A stretch of 64,000 nucleotides of DNA from Blasia pusilla (lineage: Eukaryota). Numbering within the stretch: the first letter of the stretch is position 1; each line of letters begins with the position of its first letter. Made by a program: the position numbers and the translations under genes. Location of the stretch: positions 9,920,001 to 9,984,000 of the forward strand of contig CM114271.1 in the NCBI GenBank assembly GCA_050084515.1, written 5' to 3'. Below, one piece after another: positions 59,583 through 64,000 of the stretch. A model generated the notes under the pieces. It ran no database searches, had not been told where the DNA came from, and worked only from the letters and a program-made list of their open reading frames with translations.

Positions 59583-62500
59583 CTACAAACTATCTGTTGC
59601 AACTTCTCGAGGTGCCCTTTGCCTTTGAGTTAGAGAAGTAATAGTCGTCATCATGAGCTTAGGATCAATAGGTTTAGTAAGATAAGCATCCATGCCCACT
59701 TCGAGGCACTTTGCTTCGTCAGAGGACATTGCATGCGCTGTTAAAGCAACTATTGGTATGTGAAAGCCAGTACCTTTCTCAGCCTCTCGAATGGCTCTTG
59801 TTGCATCATATCCATCCAGCTTTGGCATCTGCAGAAAGCCACAAAACAGAACGAGGGTCAGTTTTGGAACACTTGGCCCTTTGGAGCTAGTAGTCAAAAC
59901 TTCCGCTAAACCAATGGAACAAGTGAGAACCACACCTGGCAATCCATCAGCACCAGATCGTAGGGAATAGATATTTCATCTGAATACAGCAGCTTACGGA
60001 TAACGTTCCTTTCGTCTGAGAGAGAACATGATTCTTGTCTTACTGTCAATGCATTGACAGCTTGCAGCCCATCTCCAACTGCCGAAACTGATGCACCCAG
60101 CTTTTCTAGCATCATTGTTGCCACCCTTTGAAGCACGGGAGTATCTTCTGCCAGAAGTATTCTGATACCCTTCAAAGCATCTTGTGGTCCAATTCTTCCG
60201 GACAAGGACTGCTCTGCATTCCTAGGTGGATTGGACCTACTTTCCCTTGCGGCTATTCCGACTGGTACATCCTCAGCCACCTCTGGTGACAGACTGGTGT
60301 CACTAACTCCACCTGTGCCTATACCTATATTTACTGTTTTCTGTCCTATATCCACTCTTAGAGGATACCTTTGTAATTGAGAAGTAGAACTATGTTGTAA
60401 AGGATCATCTGCCAATCGCCTGTCCATGGAGCCATTCATTGATTGAGCTCTAACTAACAACTCTCGACTAATATTTTGAGATCTTGCAAGCTCAAATTTG
60501 CCATTACACCCTGTGTGTCTGTCTTTCACTACTTTATCAGTTGCCAAAGGTCCTGAAGACAGTGATCTGCAAGACTCTGTGAAAGGAAGTTTCTTGAAGC
60601 TATCGGACTTGAGTAAAGCAGGAATAGCAGCACTATACCTTACTGGAGAAAGAGATGACTTGGACTTGCTTCTGACCATTTCTGTTGCAGAAGCAGTTGG
60701 CTTACGGACGCGTTCTAAAACAGGCTTCAAATAGCTCGTCGCAGGATAGATAGAATATTCCTCAGAATGATGCCGTTGATGTCCATCGCTGAGTAATAAT
60801 TCATCATCATGATTTTTGTGTTCCAAAATTTGCTCCATTCTTCCGCATGAGTTTGCTCTTAGTGGGTGCAAACGTGCACGAGTCAACTCACTCTGGGCCT
60901 CAGTCATCACTGGGGATGATACATTCAAAGACACTCTCCATGGAACCTCAGACCACTCGTCACCAGAATCACAAATATAAGACTGATTCCTTGCCCTGCG
61001 TTTTGGTGAACCTACTGCCCCACGTTCACTACAACCTACCAACATCTTCAAAAGATGTACTAATTTTGATTTGTACACAGGCTTATTAGCCATAATTGAG
61101 AAACCTCGCTTTCTAAGATCACCTTTCAGAGTGCTGGAAGTGTCATGATTCAGAAGCCAGGCTACCAATACACCTTTCCTCGTGAATCCTTCTAACAGTT
61201 CTAGATCCTTGTTCTGTGAGATCAAAGAGATGTCTAGTATGGCTAAGGGTTCTAACCTAGGCAAGCCCCCATCTCGAACCATCCCCTCCAATTCAGAGAC
61301 AGTTTCCTCCCAAGTTGACGCTTCAGACACCTGCAGTCCATTATCTTGTATCCATCTACTCATGGCCGTTCTTCCTGCATGTCCTTCTACTGAAAAGAGA
61401 AGCTGCTTGGGATAGAGGATGTCAGAAAAATGTAAGGATGCTATGTCGACAAAGATAAGTGAAAAGAAAAAGATATCACTGAAGCCACCGCCAGAAAAAG
61501 GAAATTGGGACATGATCCCAAGCAAATTTGACTTGTGTTGTCTAACAAACTGAGAAATGTGAGCTGCAGAAGACCATCATAAATAATTGTCGTAGCAAAG
61601 GTTCCAAACTGAAGAAAAAATTGCTTACTTTTGAATTTTGAAGGGTCTTTGAGAAGAAAGTGGATGCACAGAAGTCTCGAAAAGTCTTTGGAATAATATC
61701 ACTCTCTGATGACTTGTTATAAAATAGAGAAAACTTCAAGAGAGTGCCTCGGCTTTCTTTCCTCACCACTTTTATATCTCCTCCCATCTTGTTTACCTAC
61801 AATCCAATGTCACACCAGACTATGAGCATTATCATATTAAACATCAAGGCATCTTACAACTTTTATCCATTGGAAGTCATGTCAATACTCGGCGACCTTT
61901 GATCATGAGAACTTACCAGAGACTTCACTATACAAAGACCAAGACCTGTCCCTCCATGTCTGCACATGTCCAAGAAAAACTTGACATAAGAACCTTCACA
62001 TCACTTTACAGCAATTTCCGCTTATTATTTCATCAGTGGTATATGGGAGCTCTGAGCATGGAACTTTGAAGTGCTTCTTCCACCTGACAACTATACAATT
62101 AAGACAACATGATTCTTCCTGCAAGAGGAAGATCTCTCTTTTCTGTGCAGTTAAGCCTTCTACAATTGAATAGGGCCAATGCATCTTCTTTGCTTTTTGG
62201 GGCATGTTTATAATATGTCAAGATTATTTGAAGAAATTTCTACCAATGCATCGCATGTGGATCCATGTGCTAGTAATGCCCTTTTAGTGCAAACTTCCCA
62301 GCTTGGGGCCATCACTACTGTCCAGAAAACACAAGATTTTCACTTTGCACTCCGATGTTTTCATATTACACCATACAACCACTCTGTCCAGATCCTTAAG
62401 ACTCCAGAATATAGTGAATGAATCTCTCAACAGTAGTCAAGGGACACCGAAATGAGGAGCCAGAATTGTCAATGGAGAGACTTTGTATGACACAGAAGAT

Positions 62501-64000
62501 AGTGCACTGTTACTTAGCACGGATGGCAATACAAATATGGAAGAAATAAGAATGCCCACGAAAAACTCCAGTGCCAATCAGCATGAGAGGGCTGAGAACA
62601 GGGCATCTGCACCGCTAATTAGGATTAGAAGAATGACAAGCGCCACAATTACATGCAATAAAGTGGACTTGCTCAGACTTCCAGGAAGACAGAAAACCTT
62701 TGTGCAGCAGAAAACGCGCCAAGATACAATAACTAATTGCTGGTTCATCCAGCAGTTCTTCTGCTCCTGATTTCACATTGCCAAACTGAGAAATTGTTTG
62801 AAAGGCAGCAACACCTGTTTATATTAAGTCCATAAGCATATGGGGTGATTTGAAGTTACTAATCAACGACAGGTAGGGGCACATAGGAAAATATGGCTCC
62901 TGACATAATACAATTTGTGGGTGAAGAAACCTCAATAAAGTTTCAAAAAAGGGATCAATTGTGAGATTGGAGACCTCTATGTTTAGGTCGTTGAGATTAA
63001 AGCACAAAGTTCTTTCACCAAGAAGTGTATTTATATCCATGATACTCAAAACCAAGGAACCCCTGTACACAGATGATGAAAAATCTGCTAGTAAGGAAGA
63101 GATTCATACGTTCGTGTGGTAGATGGATCAGCTTGAACAAAACTGTCAAACACTGTTTCCCACTTGCTAGGATCAATACCTGCCACAAGAAATTGTTGAA
63201 CAGTAATCTACTCAGTACACATTTCCTTTACTTTCACAATTATAGCAGACAAGCCAAAAGTGCTTATGTTCTCCAGCATAAATGGAAGAGAGCCATGCAT
63301 AAAAAGAGAGTGGGGGATCAACCTATCAAGGAAGACAAAGGAGATTTCAACTAGTTGATCAAAGGGGCTACAAGACACAGTAATGGAGCTCAAGGAGAAG
63401 TCCAAGAAGAACCAGAACATTCACTAATTTCTTTTCATGCAGCTAGTCCTCACATAGTGAAGTGATTTAGTGGCCATACCACAGCCTGTGTCATCAACTT
63501 CAAACCATAAGCAAAACTTTCCAGAATCTTGAACCCCCTCATCACATTCTGCACTCTCCAATTTTGATGTCCACGCCTTATTTCCATATTTTCCAACTAA
63601 AGCTCCATTCTTTCCATGACACGCAGAATCAACCCATCCTCGCACTAGAACATGCCCCGCTGCTCCCAAGCATGAAGTGTTAGAAGAGCTTTCTGAAGTC
63701 TACATAGCTTTTTGTTTAGAGAGAGTTTCATGAATGAAAGGAACGGAACATCTTGGCAATCTAAAGGATTCAGATCTGTACCTTTTAAACCTTCTGAGTC
63801 ATAATGCAAAGGGTTTGTATCCTTACACAAAGTGAACTTTATAGAATTCGCAATTAGATTCGCAAATATTTGCACAGTCCGGGCTGAGTCGCCTCTCAAA
63901 ACACGGGGTACATCATCTTTGACAACAGCAACAGTTATGTCAGGAAAGCCGACCCTGAACCCCAAGAGTACACCTTGTTATGCACCCAGTACATGAATGA
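59583..64000 (-). CDS. AHK1: Hybrid histidine kinase, AHK1/ATHK1 type, 3' exons (HATPase and receiver); 5' end outside window
   Basis: RGDSARTVQIFANLIANSIKFT (N box), FEVDDTGCG (G1), IDPSKWETVFDSFVQADPSTTR (exon about 63110-63179), HGGTGLGLCIV (G2). Receiver ILLAEDTPVLQRVATMMLEK...LMDCQMPKLDGY...VALTAHAMSSDEAKCLEVGMDAYLTKPID. Confidence 0.93.

Overview
Eukaryotic, intron-containing DNA, most likely from a non-seed land plant (inferred from gene and transposon content). Two host genes lie on the minus strand: an ATXR7/SDG25-type SET1-class H3K4 methyltransferase (about 9.4-16.8 kb, possibly extending to 19.3 kb) and the 3' part of an AHK1-type hybrid histidine kinase (59.6-64 kb). Between them is a ~37 kb stack of nested transposons, two of which are unusual. 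(1) An 11.25-kb Mutator-like DNA transposon (35832-47084) with imperfect TIRs and a near 9-bp TSD. Head-to-head with its GCM/MULE/SWIM transposase it carries a spliced gene for a ParB/Srx-like domain plus a beta-class N4-cytosine/N6-adenine methyltransferase-like domain. Its non-coding parts hold about 40 copies of a 27-bp palindrome (GCAACCCGTCGGAnTCCGACGGGTTGC), including a 67-bp-phased array between two divergent TATA boxes. (2) A Ty3/Gypsy retrotransposon (21233-32385) with a DNMT3-like C5 cytosine methyltransferase between protease and RT, a PHD finger after integrase, and split direct repeats (A1...B1-A2-B2) instead of ordinary LTRs. Also present: a chromovirus 3' end and two solo LTRs, a full-length decayed Ty1/Copia, a hAT-like MITE, rearranged second copies of both unusual elements, and microsatellites. 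All TE coding regions carry stops or frameshifts. All domain calls come from reading motifs by eye, not from database searches.
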